From Deltaproteobacteria bacterium (lineage in GTDB: Bacteria > Myxococcota_A > Polyangia > Polyangiales > Houyiibacteriaceae), in the NCBI GenBank assembly GCA_034670305.1, contig JAXMNT010000080.1, forward strand, positions 1-19,932: a stretch of 19,932 nucleotides of DNA, read 5' to 3'. The notes under the pieces were generated by a model. It worked only from the letters and a program-made list of their open reading frames with translations, was not told where the DNA came from and ran no database searches. Both the position numbers and the translations under genes were made by a program. Shown here piece by piece: positions 1 to 7,513 of the stretch; within the stretch, counting starts at the first letter, position 1, and each line of letters starts with the position of its first letter.

Positions 1-125
1 GTCCGCTGGGCATCGCGCTCCGATTCGCGCCTCGCCGTCGCGAAACACACGGCGTCCACGACGCGGGCAAGGGCACGGGCAAGGGCAACGGCAAGGGAGC
101 AGGTCGCTTTTCAGCGACCTGCTAG
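1..125. mobile_element. Left copy of a 125-bp inverted repeat; probable end of an IS/MITE-like element with CTAG junction, cut by the window edge
   Basis: 1..125 is the exact reverse complement of 19808..19932, and identity stops right after CTAG (122..125). It ends ...TTTTCAGCGACCTG-CTAG with a hairpin AGCAGGTCGCT-TTTC-AGCGACCTGCT (98..123). The repeat is directly seen; the mobile-element call is inference and no transposase is in the window. Confidence 0.65.
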
Positions 126-157
126 CCTGGGCTGAGCGTCGGCCGCAGAGAGCGGCG

Positions 158-334
158 GTGTCAGAAGCAGCGTCAGAAGCAGCGGCAGGGGCAGAAGCAG
201 CGTCAGAGACAGCAGCAGAGACAGCAGCAGAGACAGCAGCAGAAACAGCGGCAGCGGCAGCGGCAGCGGCAGCGACGGCGACAGCGACAGCGGGCAGCGT
301 CAGAGACAGCGACGGCTACAGCAACAGCTACAGC
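158..334 (+). repeat. Purine-rich low-complexity tract with 6/12-nt periodicity (CAGCGG, CAGAGACAGCAG, CAGAAG)
   Basis: Directly visible tandem degenerate hexamers upstream of the four-helix-bundle gene. Confidence 0.9.
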
Positions 335-574
335 CAATGCTCTCCTTCGGAGTCGCACGGTTTGTAGCCTCTCCTTCGGAAGTCGGCCCTCGTCCTTCGG
401 ACTCGGAGTGACTGGGGTGGGCTTGCTGGCTCGGCGGGATTTTGATGGTGGCGGAGTGCTCGGGCGCGTCAAGGGTGCCTTCGGCCCCAGCCTTCGGAAG
501 GCTGGCTTCGCCCTTGACCCGCCCTGCGCTCTCCACCGGGGGCGCACGGGGTGCGCCGCCGAGCAATGTCGCTC
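327..574 (+). other. Multi-hairpin structured region (candidate structured leader, ncRNA or REP-like element)
   Basis: CTTCGG at 345, 374, 395, 479 and 492. Long stem GGTGG..GAGTGC..GGGCG..GTCAAGGG (447..475) pairs with CCCTTGAC..CGCCC..GCGCTC..CCACC (511..537). GCTACA/TGTAGC closes 327..368. Hairpin GGCGCAC-GGG-GTGCGCC at 541..557. Confidence 0.6.
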
Positions 575-600
575 TGGTGTGTGGCGCGTTGGAGGCTCTT

Positions 601-912
601 GTGATTGTTCTCGAATCTACCTTTGTTCTCGTTGGCGAGTTGCGCGGGGTGATGGCGGCTGTTTCTCGCCGGGACCGTTCGCTGGCGGACCAGATGCGGC
701 GGGCGGCTCAGTCCGTCGTTCTGAACTGTGCGGAAGCGAAGCACGCTCGCGGGAAGCGGAGCGTGGACCGCTTCTCCATCGCGTACGGTGAAGCGAGCGA
801 GCTGAAGGCGGCCCTTCGGCTGGTTCGGGTGTTCGGTTACGCGGAGGTGGGCGAGGGGACGATGCGTCGCTGCGATGAGGTCTGCGCGATGTTGTATCGG
901 CTGAGTCGTTAG
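601..912 (+). CDS. Four-helix-bundle protein (23S rRNA intervening sequence protein / bAvd-like family), about 103 aa
   Basis: Family-typical motifs [22 protein letters not shown] and [21 protein letters not shown] (591..595) lies 5 nt before in-frame GTG 601, so the ORF-track start at 442 is probably too long. Confidence 0.88.
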   Translation: MIVLESTFVLVGELRGVMAAVSRRDRSLADQMRRAAQSVVLNCAEAKHARGKRSVDRFSIAYGEASELKAALRLVRVFGYAEVGEGTMRRCDEVCAMLYRLSR

Positions 913-920
913 ACAGGCCG

Positions 921-947
921 CGAGGCCCGCGCGAGTCGCGGGCTTCG
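921..947 (+). terminator. GC-rich hairpin just after the four-helix-bundle stop
   Basis: CGAGGCCCGCG-CGAGT-CGCGGGCTTCG, with one G-U pair on the + strand. No classic U tract. Confidence 0.4.
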
Positions 948-1123
948 GCTTCGGCTTCGGCTTCGGATTCGGCTTCGGCCTCGGCTTCGGCCTCGGCTTC
1001 GGCTTCGGCCTCGGCTTCGGCTTCGGCCTCGGCTTCGGCCTCGGCTTCGGCGTCGGCTTCGGCTTCGGCCTCGGCGTCGGCTCCGGCTTCGGCCTCGGCT
1101 TCGGCCTCGGGTTCGGCTTCGGC
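941..1123 (+). repeat. (TTCGGC/CTCGGC)n hexamer tract, about 30 units
   Basis: Directly visible tandem hexamers; reverse complement of the GCCGAA tracts at 8132..8304 and 15173..15417. Confidence 0.95.
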
Positions 1124-1139
1124 CCCTGATTCTCGACCA

Positions 1140-1176
1140 GTCGTACGCGGGCGATGTGTGCGGCCCCGCGTACGAC
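1140..1176. promoter_or_regulatory. 12-bp perfect inverted repeat upstream of the EEP gene (operator or hairpin)
   Basis: GTCGTACGCGGG (1140..1151), 13 nt, CCCGCGTACGAC (1165..1176). Function is inferred only. Confidence 0.4.
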
Positions 1177-1214
1177 CAGTTGCTGGTTCGCGCGGGCTGA
1201 ACTACTTCGAGGAC

Positions 1215-2468
1215 ATGATCAGTGTCCGCTCGGCATCCCTCTTGGTTCTTTCCGGTTCACTCCTCGCCGCGGCCGCCTGCGGCGACGACGCCAACCCGTA
1301 CGAACTCCGCATCGACACGATGAACGTGGGACTCGCCGGGGCGTTCGTGCCCAACGAGACCGAGCGGCGCGACCCGGTGATCGCCGCCGTCGCCGCCATG
1401 GACGCGGACGTCGTCTGCCTGCAAGAGGTCTGGGAGCAGTCCGACAAGGATCTGATCCTCGCGGCCTCGAGCGCGAACTTCCCCCACAGCGTCTCGTTCA
1501 CCCACGACATCGACACCCCCATCGACGACCCGACCGACCAGGCCGGCATGACGCCGCCTGTCGACACGGTGCCGCCCTGCGGTGAGATGCGGCTCGCGAT
1601 GCAGCTCGAGGACGCGATCACCTGTCTGCGCGACAACTGTTCGACCATCCCGGAGAGCGACGACGGACAGACCACCACCGCGGACTGCGCGGAGTCGATG
1701 TGTCTCTCGTCGGTGTCGTCGCTCCTGCTCGGCGACGAAGCTTCGTTGCGCTGCTACTCGTGCCTGACCACCAGCCTCCCGACCGAGAACTTCTCCGGCA
1801 TGCGCGATCTCTGCACCACCGAGATCAACGCCGAGGTCGCGTTCCGCGGACAGAGCGGCGTGATGATCCTCTCCAAACACCCGGTCAGCAACGCGCGGGC
1901 GTTCGTACTCCCGGGTACCTGGAACCGGCGCATCGTGGCCGAAGCCACCGTCACGCTCCCGAACGGCTCCGACGTCGACGTCTACTGCAACCACCTCACG
2001 CCCATCTTCAACTCGCTCGCGTTCCCCTACACCGGTCCGTACGGCGACGGCCTCGACGGTTCGGATGGCTGGGCCGCCGAGCAGCTGCTTCAGACCAACA
2101 AGATCATCGCGCGCGTGGCCGCCAACAGCGGCACCCGCCCGGCGTTCATTCTCGGCGACATGAACGCGAGCCGCGCCGCGGGATCCGTCGTCGACGAGGG
2201 CTTGCCCACGATCCAGGCGCTCGAAGGTGCGTTCACCCTCACGGCCACCGCCGACTACGTCCCGAGCTGCACGTTCTGTCCCGACAACGGCAACAACGTC
2301 GAAGACACGGAGTCGGTGTGGCTCGACCACATCTGGATGGCGAACATCGACGCGGGCGCGGTGGTCTCGAGTGAGCGCACCTTCGTCGAAGCCGTCGTCC
2401 CGACACCCGGCGGCATGGTCCCGCTCTCGGACCACTACGGGTTCACCGCCGTCGTCTCGATCGACTGA
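1215..2468 (+). CDS. Endonuclease/exonuclease/phosphatase (EEP) family lipoprotein
   Basis: EEP motifs [41 protein letters not shown] and LSDHYG. Signal peptide with lipobox-like LLAAAAC from ATG 1215. Confidence 0.9.
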   Translation: MISVRSASLLVLSGSLLAAAACGDDANPYELRIDTMNVGLAGAFVPNETERRDPVIAAVAAMDADVVCLQEVWEQSDKDLILAASSANFPHSVSFTHDIDTPIDDPTDQAGMTPPVDTVPPCGEMRLAMQLEDAITCLRDNCSTIPESDDGQTTTADCAESMCLSSVSSLLLGDEASLRCYSCLTTSLPTENFSGMRDLCTTEINAEVAFRGQSGVMILSKHPVSNARAFVLPGTWNRRIVAEATVTLPNGSDVDVYCNHLTPIFNSLAFPYTGPYGDGLDGSDGWAAEQLLQTNKIIARVAANSGTRPAFILGDMNASRAAGSVVDEGLPTIQALEGAFTLTATADYVPSCTFCPDNGNNVEDTESVWLDHIWMANIDAGAVVSSERTFVEAVVPTPGGMVPLSDHYGFTAVVSID

Positions 2469-2476
2469 TCTCGGCG

Positions 2477-3061
2477 GTGGCGTCGCGGCAGCACATCATC
2501 CTGAAGGCCGCGCTGCGGCTCGTTCGGAGTTACGGGCCGAGCAAGACCACCATTGCCGACATCGCGCGCGAAGCGCAGGTCGGCGTCGGTACGGTCTACC
2601 TCGAGTTCCGTTCCAAGGACGCGATCCTCGGCACGCTCTCGCGGCGCGCGCATCAGACCATCTTGGACGCGGAGGTCGCGGCGCTCGAAGGCGACGAGCC
2701 GCCGCTGAGCGCGTTGCGGCAGGCTTGGACGGCGCGCTTCGAAGGGTTCGTCGCCGCCCGCCGTCAGACCCATGGACCGGAGCTCTTCTTCTGCACGCGC
2801 TGCAGCGCCATCGCAGAAGCGCACGCCCGCTTTCTCGAAGAGGAGCACGCGCTGATGAGCGCGTTCTTGCGAGACGTACTTCACACCGGCACCCCGGAAG
2901 AGACCGCGCGTGCCATGCAGCGTGCCTACGCGGCCTACGCACCGCCGCTCCTGTTCGGCACCTCGGTGGGACCCGCGAGTCCCACCACGAGCCCGAGCGT
3001 GGACCGACTGCGCGCCGAGTTGCCGGCCCTGCACGCGCTCGTCTTTCACGGCATCGTCTGA
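2477..3061 (+). CDS. TetR/AcrR family transcriptional regulator
   Basis: N-terminal HTH ILKAALRL..YGPSKTTIADIAREAQVGVGTVYLEFRSKDAI. Starts 8 nt after the EEP stop, so probably co-transcribed. Confidence 0.92.
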   Translation: MASRQHIILKAALRLVRSYGPSKTTIADIAREAQVGVGTVYLEFRSKDAILGTLSRRAHQTILDAEVAALEGDEPPLSALRQAWTARFEGFVAARRQTHGPELFFCTRCSAIAEAHARFLEEEHALMSAFLRDVLHTGTPEETARAMQRAYAAYAPPLLFGTSVGPASPTTSPSVDRLRAELPALHALVFHGIV

Positions 3062-3085
3062 CCGTCGGATCCGGATGGCGACATC

Positions 3086-3105
3086 GGGTCCGGATCGTCG
3101 GACCC
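3086..3105. terminator. Hairpin between convergent TetR and LRR genes
   Basis: GGGTCCG-GATCGT-CGGACCC. No U tract. Confidence 0.3.
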
Positions 3106-3112
3106 GCTGCCG

Positions 3113-3922
3113 TCAGAATGCGAGCTGCAAACGTTCGCCGTGTTTCTTCGTGAGCGCGTCCGAGTGCTTCTTCGTCAGACCGCATCGGAGGAGGCGAACT
3201 TCGCAGCCGTCGGGCACCGCATCGAGCCCATCGAACTTCTTCAACGGGTTGCCGTCCAGGATGAGGGTTCGAAGTTTGCTGAGTCCTTCGAGCCCTTCGA
3301 TGGTCTTGATCTTGTTGCTGCCGAGATCGAGGGTGGTCAGCGCGCGCAGGGACGCGAGGTTCTCGATCGTCGTCAGCCGGTTGTGGTTGAGCGAGAGGGA
3401 CTCGAGACCCGTCATGCCGTCCAGGCGCTCGAGCTTCGCGATGCGGTTGTGGTTGAGCTCGAGGTGCTGCACTCCAGACGCGTTCTCGAGGGCCGGGATG
3501 CGAACGAGGTTGAACATGCTCGCGAACAAACGACGCAGCTTCTTCGAAACGGCGGTCGAAGCGCCGAACGTGGTCCCGAACCCGGAGAGTGTGATGGCTT
3601 CGGCCTTCGGCCACAGATCGAGCCCGCCGATCTCCCCGCCGCCCGCGAGCATCACTTCGACGGTCTGCGCGTTCGGGAACGCGGCCAGCGCGGACCAGTC
3701 GTTGAGGCCCACGTGCATCAGCTCGAGCGTCCGGACCGAGCGCAGTTTCGTCTGAGCGAGGTCGGGCAGGTAGACCGGCGACTCGTCCTTCAGCGAGCCG
3801 GCGTTGGCCATCCACAGCGAGAGCCGCGTGAGCTTCTTCTGAGCCCTCAGCGGCGCGAGTTCGATCGACGGCGGTGCGTTTCGGATCGTGAGCTCGGTGA
3901 GCGCGGCGAAGGGTTCCAGCAA
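3113..3922 (-). CDS. Leucine-rich repeat protein (SDS22/internalin-like repeats), start uncertain and possibly 5'-truncated
   Basis: LxxLxLxxNxI repeats: VQHLELNHNRIAKLERL, LESLSLNHNRLTTIENL, LTTLDLGSNKIKTIEGL, LRTLILDGNPL. The first possible start is a TTG without an evident RBS. Confidence 0.8.
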   Translation of the reverse strand: MLEPFAALTELTIRNAPPSIELAPLRAQKKLTRLSLWMANAGSLKDESPVYLPDLAQTKLRSVRTLELMHVGLNDWSALAAFPNAQTVEVMLAGGGEIGGLDLWPKAEAITLSGFGTTFGASTAVSKKLRRLFASMFNLVRIPALENASGVQHLELNHNRIAKLERLDGMTGLESLSLNHNRLTTIENLASLRALTTLDLGSNKIKTIEGLEGLSKLRTLILDGNPLKKFDGLDAVPDGCEVRLLRCGLTKKHSDALTKKHGERLQLAF

Positions 3923-4015
3923 GGCCGTGTCGAAAGGCTGGTTCGGGTCTTTGCAGTCGGTGCCGGCGAGCCGGGGGGTTGGCGTCTCTGGCCTCGGGCG
4001 CTAGACAGGCTGCTG

Positions 4016-4882
4016 GTGGAGTTGCCCCAACCGGTACGAGCGCTCGGTGCTGTCGAGGGCGGCCAGGCGCTGGTCGAACTCTGTCGCGGCAAGCGGGTCG
4101 CGGTGCTCACCGGCGCCGGCTGCAGCACCGAGAGTGGCATTCCGGACTACCGCGGGGAGGGCACCCGCCGCCGGGCCAAAGCACCGGTCCAATACCGCGC
4201 GTTCGTGAGTGACCCCGTCGCACGACGCCGCTACTGGGCACGCGCCCTCTCCGGCTGGCGACGCTTCGCGGGCAAACGCCCGAACCCCGCCCACGAGGCG
4301 CTCGCCGCGTTGCAATGCGCGGACTTGCTCACCGGACTCGTCACCCAGAACGTCGATGGACTCCACCAAGAGGCCGGGAGCCACGGAGTCGTCGAGCTGC
4401 ATGGGGCGCTTTCGGAGGTGGTGTGTCTCGGCTGCGGCGACATCGGCTCGAGGCACGACGTCCAGCGCTGGATGGAACAGCACAACCCAGCGCACCTCGA
4501 TCTGAGCGCGCCCATGGCACCCGACGGCGACGCCGATCTGGACGAGGCGTTCGAACGCTCGCTCGCCTCGTTCCTGGTACCGACCTGCCGGCTCTGCGAC
4601 GCACCGGTCAAACCGCACGTGGTGTTCTTCGGAGAGTCGGTTCCGAAAACGCGCGTCGAGCAGGCGTGGTCCATCGTCAACGCCGCCGACGTCCTGCTCG
4701 TGGTGGGATCGTCGCTCGCCGTCTACTCGGGCTACCGCTTCGTCCGGGGGGCCCGCGAGCGGCAGCAACCCGTCGCCCTCGTGAACCTCGGGGACAGCCG
4801 CGGGGACGCCCACGCCACGGTGCGGGTGGCTGCGAAGGCAAGCGCCGTGTTGTCTGGGCTCGCCAAGGCACTCTGCCCCTGA
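4016..4882 (+). CDS. cobB: NAD-dependent protein deacylase, class II (SIRT4-like) sirtuin
   Basis: TGAGCSTESGIPDYRG, RRRYWAR, VTQNVDGLH, ELHG, Zn-binding CLGC/CRLC, PDGDAD, KPHVVFFGE and GSSLAVYSGYRF. Start placed at in-frame GTG 4016 (approximate); the upstream part of the 3140 ORF is the antisense shadow of the LRR gene. Confidence 0.93.
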   Translation: MELPQPVRALGAVEGGQALVELCRGKRVAVLTGAGCSTESGIPDYRGEGTRRRAKAPVQYRAFVSDPVARRRYWARALSGWRRFAGKRPNPAHEALAALQCADLLTGLVTQNVDGLHQEAGSHGVVELHGALSEVVCLGCGDIGSRHDVQRWMEQHNPAHLDLSAPMAPDGDADLDEAFERSLASFLVPTCRLCDAPVKPHVVFFGESVPKTRVEQAWSIVNAADVLLVVGSSLAVYSGYRFVRGARERQQPVALVNLGDSRGDAHATVRVAAKASAVLSGLAKALCP

Positions 4883-4949
4883 GTCAAGCCCCGCCAAGCC
4901 TCGGAGCGGCCATTTTCTGGAATAGTTACAGCACGTTGTCGTATCGCCA

Positions 4950-4984
4950 TTGACGTCTTGGTGAACGAATTTAGGTTTCGTTCA
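4950..4984 (+). promoter_or_regulatory. Putative sigma70-type promoter of lon with overlapping palindromic operator
   Basis: TTGACG (4950..4955), 16 nt, TAGGTT (4972..4977), 6 nt, ATG. Inverted repeat TGAACGAA-7nt-TTCGTTCA (4962..4984) lies in a locally AT-rich patch. Confidence 0.65.
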
Positions 4985-7446
4985 TGACTCACGACCCGTC
5001 TCACGCGTTGCCTGTCCTCCCGCTCCGAAGAGGAGTCGCTCTCCCTGGTCAGATCGTGACGCTGCCGGTTGGCAGCGCGCGTTCGATGGTCCTCGCCCGC
5101 GACTTGCGGCGCGGCGACCACATCATCCTCGCGCCCGAACGATCGACCGAGGACGGCTCCTCGGTCTCGGACGACGAGGGACCCGCGCTTCACGGCATCG
5201 GGGTGCGTGCGCTCGTGCGGGAGACCCACATCCGGAACCATCGGGTGGTGCTCTCCGTGGAGGTCCTCTCCCGCGTGCGGCTGCATGTCGTGGTCGATGG
5301 CCACGCGCGCTTCGATCCCATGCACGACCCGGACGGTGGCCCGCTCGCGACCGAGCGCGCCGACTCTCTGCGCACCCACCTCGCCGAGTTGCTGCCGGCG
5401 GAGACCGAACTCCTCTCTTCGCTGAAGGACTCGAGCCCGGGCCGCGTCGCCGATCTCATCGCGGGCTTCATCGACCTGACCCCAGACGACCGGCTCGCGG
5501 TCCTTCTCGAACTCGATGTCGAACGACGCCTCGACTTGGTCGTCGAGCACGTGCGCGAAGCCAAAGCGCGCGCGGAACTTCGCAGCAAGGTCGACAACGA
5601 AGTTCGCCGGGAGATCGGCAAGGGGCAGCGCGAACAGATCCTGCGCAGGCAGCTGCAGGCGATCAAGAAGGAGCTCGGAGAGTCGGACGGCGACGACCGC
5701 ACCGAACAGCTCGCCGATGCGCTCGACGCCGCGGACCTTCCCGACGAAGCACGGGAGGTCGCCGATCGAGAGCTCGAGCGCCTGCGTTCGTTGTCTCCTC
5801 AGTCGCCCGAGACCCACGTGATTCGCACGTACCTCGAGTGGATCGCCGCGTTGCCGTGGAACAAGCGCGCGGACGATGCGATCGAACTTCCTGCGATCGA
5901 AGAGAAACTCGAAGCCGATCACCACGGCCTCGACGACGTGAAGCGCCGGGTGCTCGAACACATGGCGCTCGTCCAGCGGTTGCCCGACGCGGGCGGTTCG
6001 GTGTTGTGTCTCGCGGGCCCGCCCGGTGTCGGCAAGACCTCGCTGGCTCAGTCGGTGGCGGATGCGACCGGCCGGCCCTTGGTCCGCGTCAGCCTCGGCG
6101 GCGTCCGCGACGAAGCGGAGATCCGCGGCCACCGGCGCACCTACATCGGCGCGCTGCCTGGCCGCATCTTGACCGCGCTGCGCACCGCGAAGGTGAAGAA
6201 CCCCGTGGTCGTGCTCGACGAGGTCGACAAGGTCACGAGCCGCGGTTGGGCCGGCGATCCGGAAGCGGCCTTGCTCGAACTCCTCGACCCCGAGCAGAAC
6301 CACGCCTTCACCGACCACTACCTCGAGCTCCCGTTCGATCTGAGCGAAGTGCTCTTCATCTGCACCGCCAACGATCTCTCGCAGGTCTCACCGCCGCTGC
6401 GCGACCGCCTCGAGGTCATCGAAGTGCAGGGCTACCCCGCGCACGACAAGGTGCAGATCGCGCGTCGTCACTTGCTGCCGCGCGTGCTTGAGAAACACGG
6501 GCTCGCCGCCGAAGCGCTCGTGCTCGACGACGAAGAACTCGAGTGGCTCGTGCTCGGCTATACGCGGGAAGCGGGCGTACGCCAGCTCGAGCGCGTGCTC
6601 GCCAAGTTGGCCCGCGACGCGGTCCTGCGCGAAGCCCGGCGCGCCCCGACCGACGCGAAGTCGACCGCTCAGAACAAGGGTGCGGAAGCCAAGGGTGCGG
6701 AAGCCAAGGGTGCGGAAGCCAAGGGTGCGGAAGCGAAGGAGCGCCGAGAGAAGCTCATCGACGTGCTCGGCACACCACGTCTTCCCGAGCTCGCCGAACG
6801 CGAGCGGCCGGCTGGTGTGGCGGCGGGGTTGGCGTGGACGCCGGTGGGCGGCGAGGTGCTCTACGTCGAGACCGCGCGCATGCCGGGCAAGGGGAGGGTG
6901 GAGATCACCGGTCAGCTCGGTGAAGTCATGACCGAATCCGCCCGCACCGCGCTGGCATTCTTGCGGACCCGATCCGGGTCGCTCGGACTCGACCCGAACT
7001 TCATGGAACACACCGACCTCCACGTGCATGTGCCGGCTGGCGGCGTGCCGAAGGACGGCCCCTCGGCCGGCGTCACGCTGTTCACTGCACTGGCTTCACT
7101 CGTCACCGGCCGAAGGGTTCGGCCCGACACCGCGATGACCGGCGAAGCGACCCTGCGCGGCAGAGTGCTTCCGGTCGGAGGCATCCCCTCCAAACTCCTC
7201 GCTGCCCACCGTGCCGGCTTCGAGCGCGTCCTCGTCCCCAAACGCAACGAACGCGACCTCGCCGACCTGCCCGACGCGGTGCGAGAGGAACTCGAGATCG
7301 TGCTCGTCGAGCAGATGGACGAAGTCCTCGAACTGGCGCTCGAACCGGCGACCCTGGACCTCGGCCGCGACGTCCTGGACCTCGACGCGACCATGGCCAC
7401 AGACAACGCCACCGAGAGCACCGCGAACCCAGGTTCGATGTTCTGA
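4984..7446 (+). CDS. lon: ATP-dependent Lon protease (endopeptidase La, LonA type)
   Basis: N-terminal LPVLPLR, Walker A GPPGVGKTS, EIRGHRRTYIGALPG, Walker B VVLDEVDK, catalytic Ser in PKDGPSAG and Lys in GGIPSKLLAA. Confidence 0.97.
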   Translation: MTHDPSHALPVLPLRRGVALPGQIVTLPVGSARSMVLARDLRRGDHIILAPERSTEDGSSVSDDEGPALHGIGVRALVRETHIRNHRVVLSVEVLSRVRLHVVVDGHARFDPMHDPDGGPLATERADSLRTHLAELLPAETELLSSLKDSSPGRVADLIAGFIDLTPDDRLAVLLELDVERRLDLVVEHVREAKARAELRSKVDNEVRREIGKGQREQILRRQLQAIKKELGESDGDDRTEQLADALDAADLPDEAREVADRELERLRSLSPQSPETHVIRTYLEWIAALPWNKRADDAIELPAIEEKLEADHHGLDDVKRRVLEHMALVQRLPDAGGSVLCLAGPPGVGKTSLAQSVADATGRPLVRVSLGGVRDEAEIRGHRRTYIGALPGRILTALRTAKVKNPVVVLDEVDKVTSRGWAGDPEAALLELLDPEQNHAFTDHYLELPFDLSEVLFICTANDLSQVSPPLRDRLEVIEVQGYPAHDKVQIARRHLLPRVLEKHGLAAEALVLDDEELEWLVLGYTREAGVRQLERVLAKLARDAVLREARRAPTDAKSTAQNKGAEAKGAEAKGAEAKGAEAKERREKLIDVLGTPRLPELAERERPAGVAAGLAWTPVGGEVLYVETARMPGKGRVEITGQLGEVMTESARTALAFLRTRSGSLGLDPNFMEHTDLHVHVPAGGVPKDGPSAGVTLFTALASLVTGRRVRPDTAMTGEATLRGRVLPVGGIPSKLLAAHRAGFERVLVPKRNERDLADLPDAVREELEIVLVEQMDEVLELALEPATLDLGRDVLDLDATMATDNATESTANPGSMF
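6676..6735 (+). repeat. In-frame 15-nt tandem repeat x4 in lon (KGAEA)
   Basis: AAGGGTGCGGAAGCC x3 plus AAGGGTGCGGAAGCG. Confidence 0.95.
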
Positions 7447-7467
7447 TCAGCGGCCGGCCGGAGGGTG

Positions 7468-7506
7468 TCGGATTCGGATCCCGATTCGGACCCCGATTCG
7501 GATCCG
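7468..7506 (+). repeat. Short hexamer-periodic tract (TTCGGA/CCCGAT) between convergent lon and M23 genes
   Basis: TCGGATTCGGATCCCGATTCGGACCCCGATTCGGATCCG. Confidence 0.75.
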
Positions 7507-7513
7507 GCGGGGC

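Noticed and set aside
158-367. Small Ala/Glu-rich ORF, and similar ORFs at 8072..8557, 8122..8574 and 15043..15546
   Set aside because: These are translations of stop-free hexamer tracts, open in several frames, with no RBS or domain evidence.
601-912. Diversity-generating retroelement (Avd-like gene)
   Set aside because: No reverse transcriptase and no template/variable repeat pair with adenine-specific mismatches was seen in the window.
601-912. 23S rRNA intervening sequence
   Set aside because: The flanks show no recognisable rRNA sequence.
941-1123. CRISPR array in the repeat tracts (also 8097..8425 and 15173..15417)
   Set aside because: The units are contiguous hexamers without unique spacers, and there are no cas genes.
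3140-4015. N-terminal extension making a 580-aa sirtuin fusion
   Set aside because: It is the antisense of the LRR gene; sirtuin similarity starts only near 4080.
4016-4882. Sir2-based antiphage system (Thoeris/DSR-like) with the LRR protein
   Set aside because: The protein has the Zn-finger and class II housekeeping deacylase motifs, not the defence SIR2 NADase architecture.
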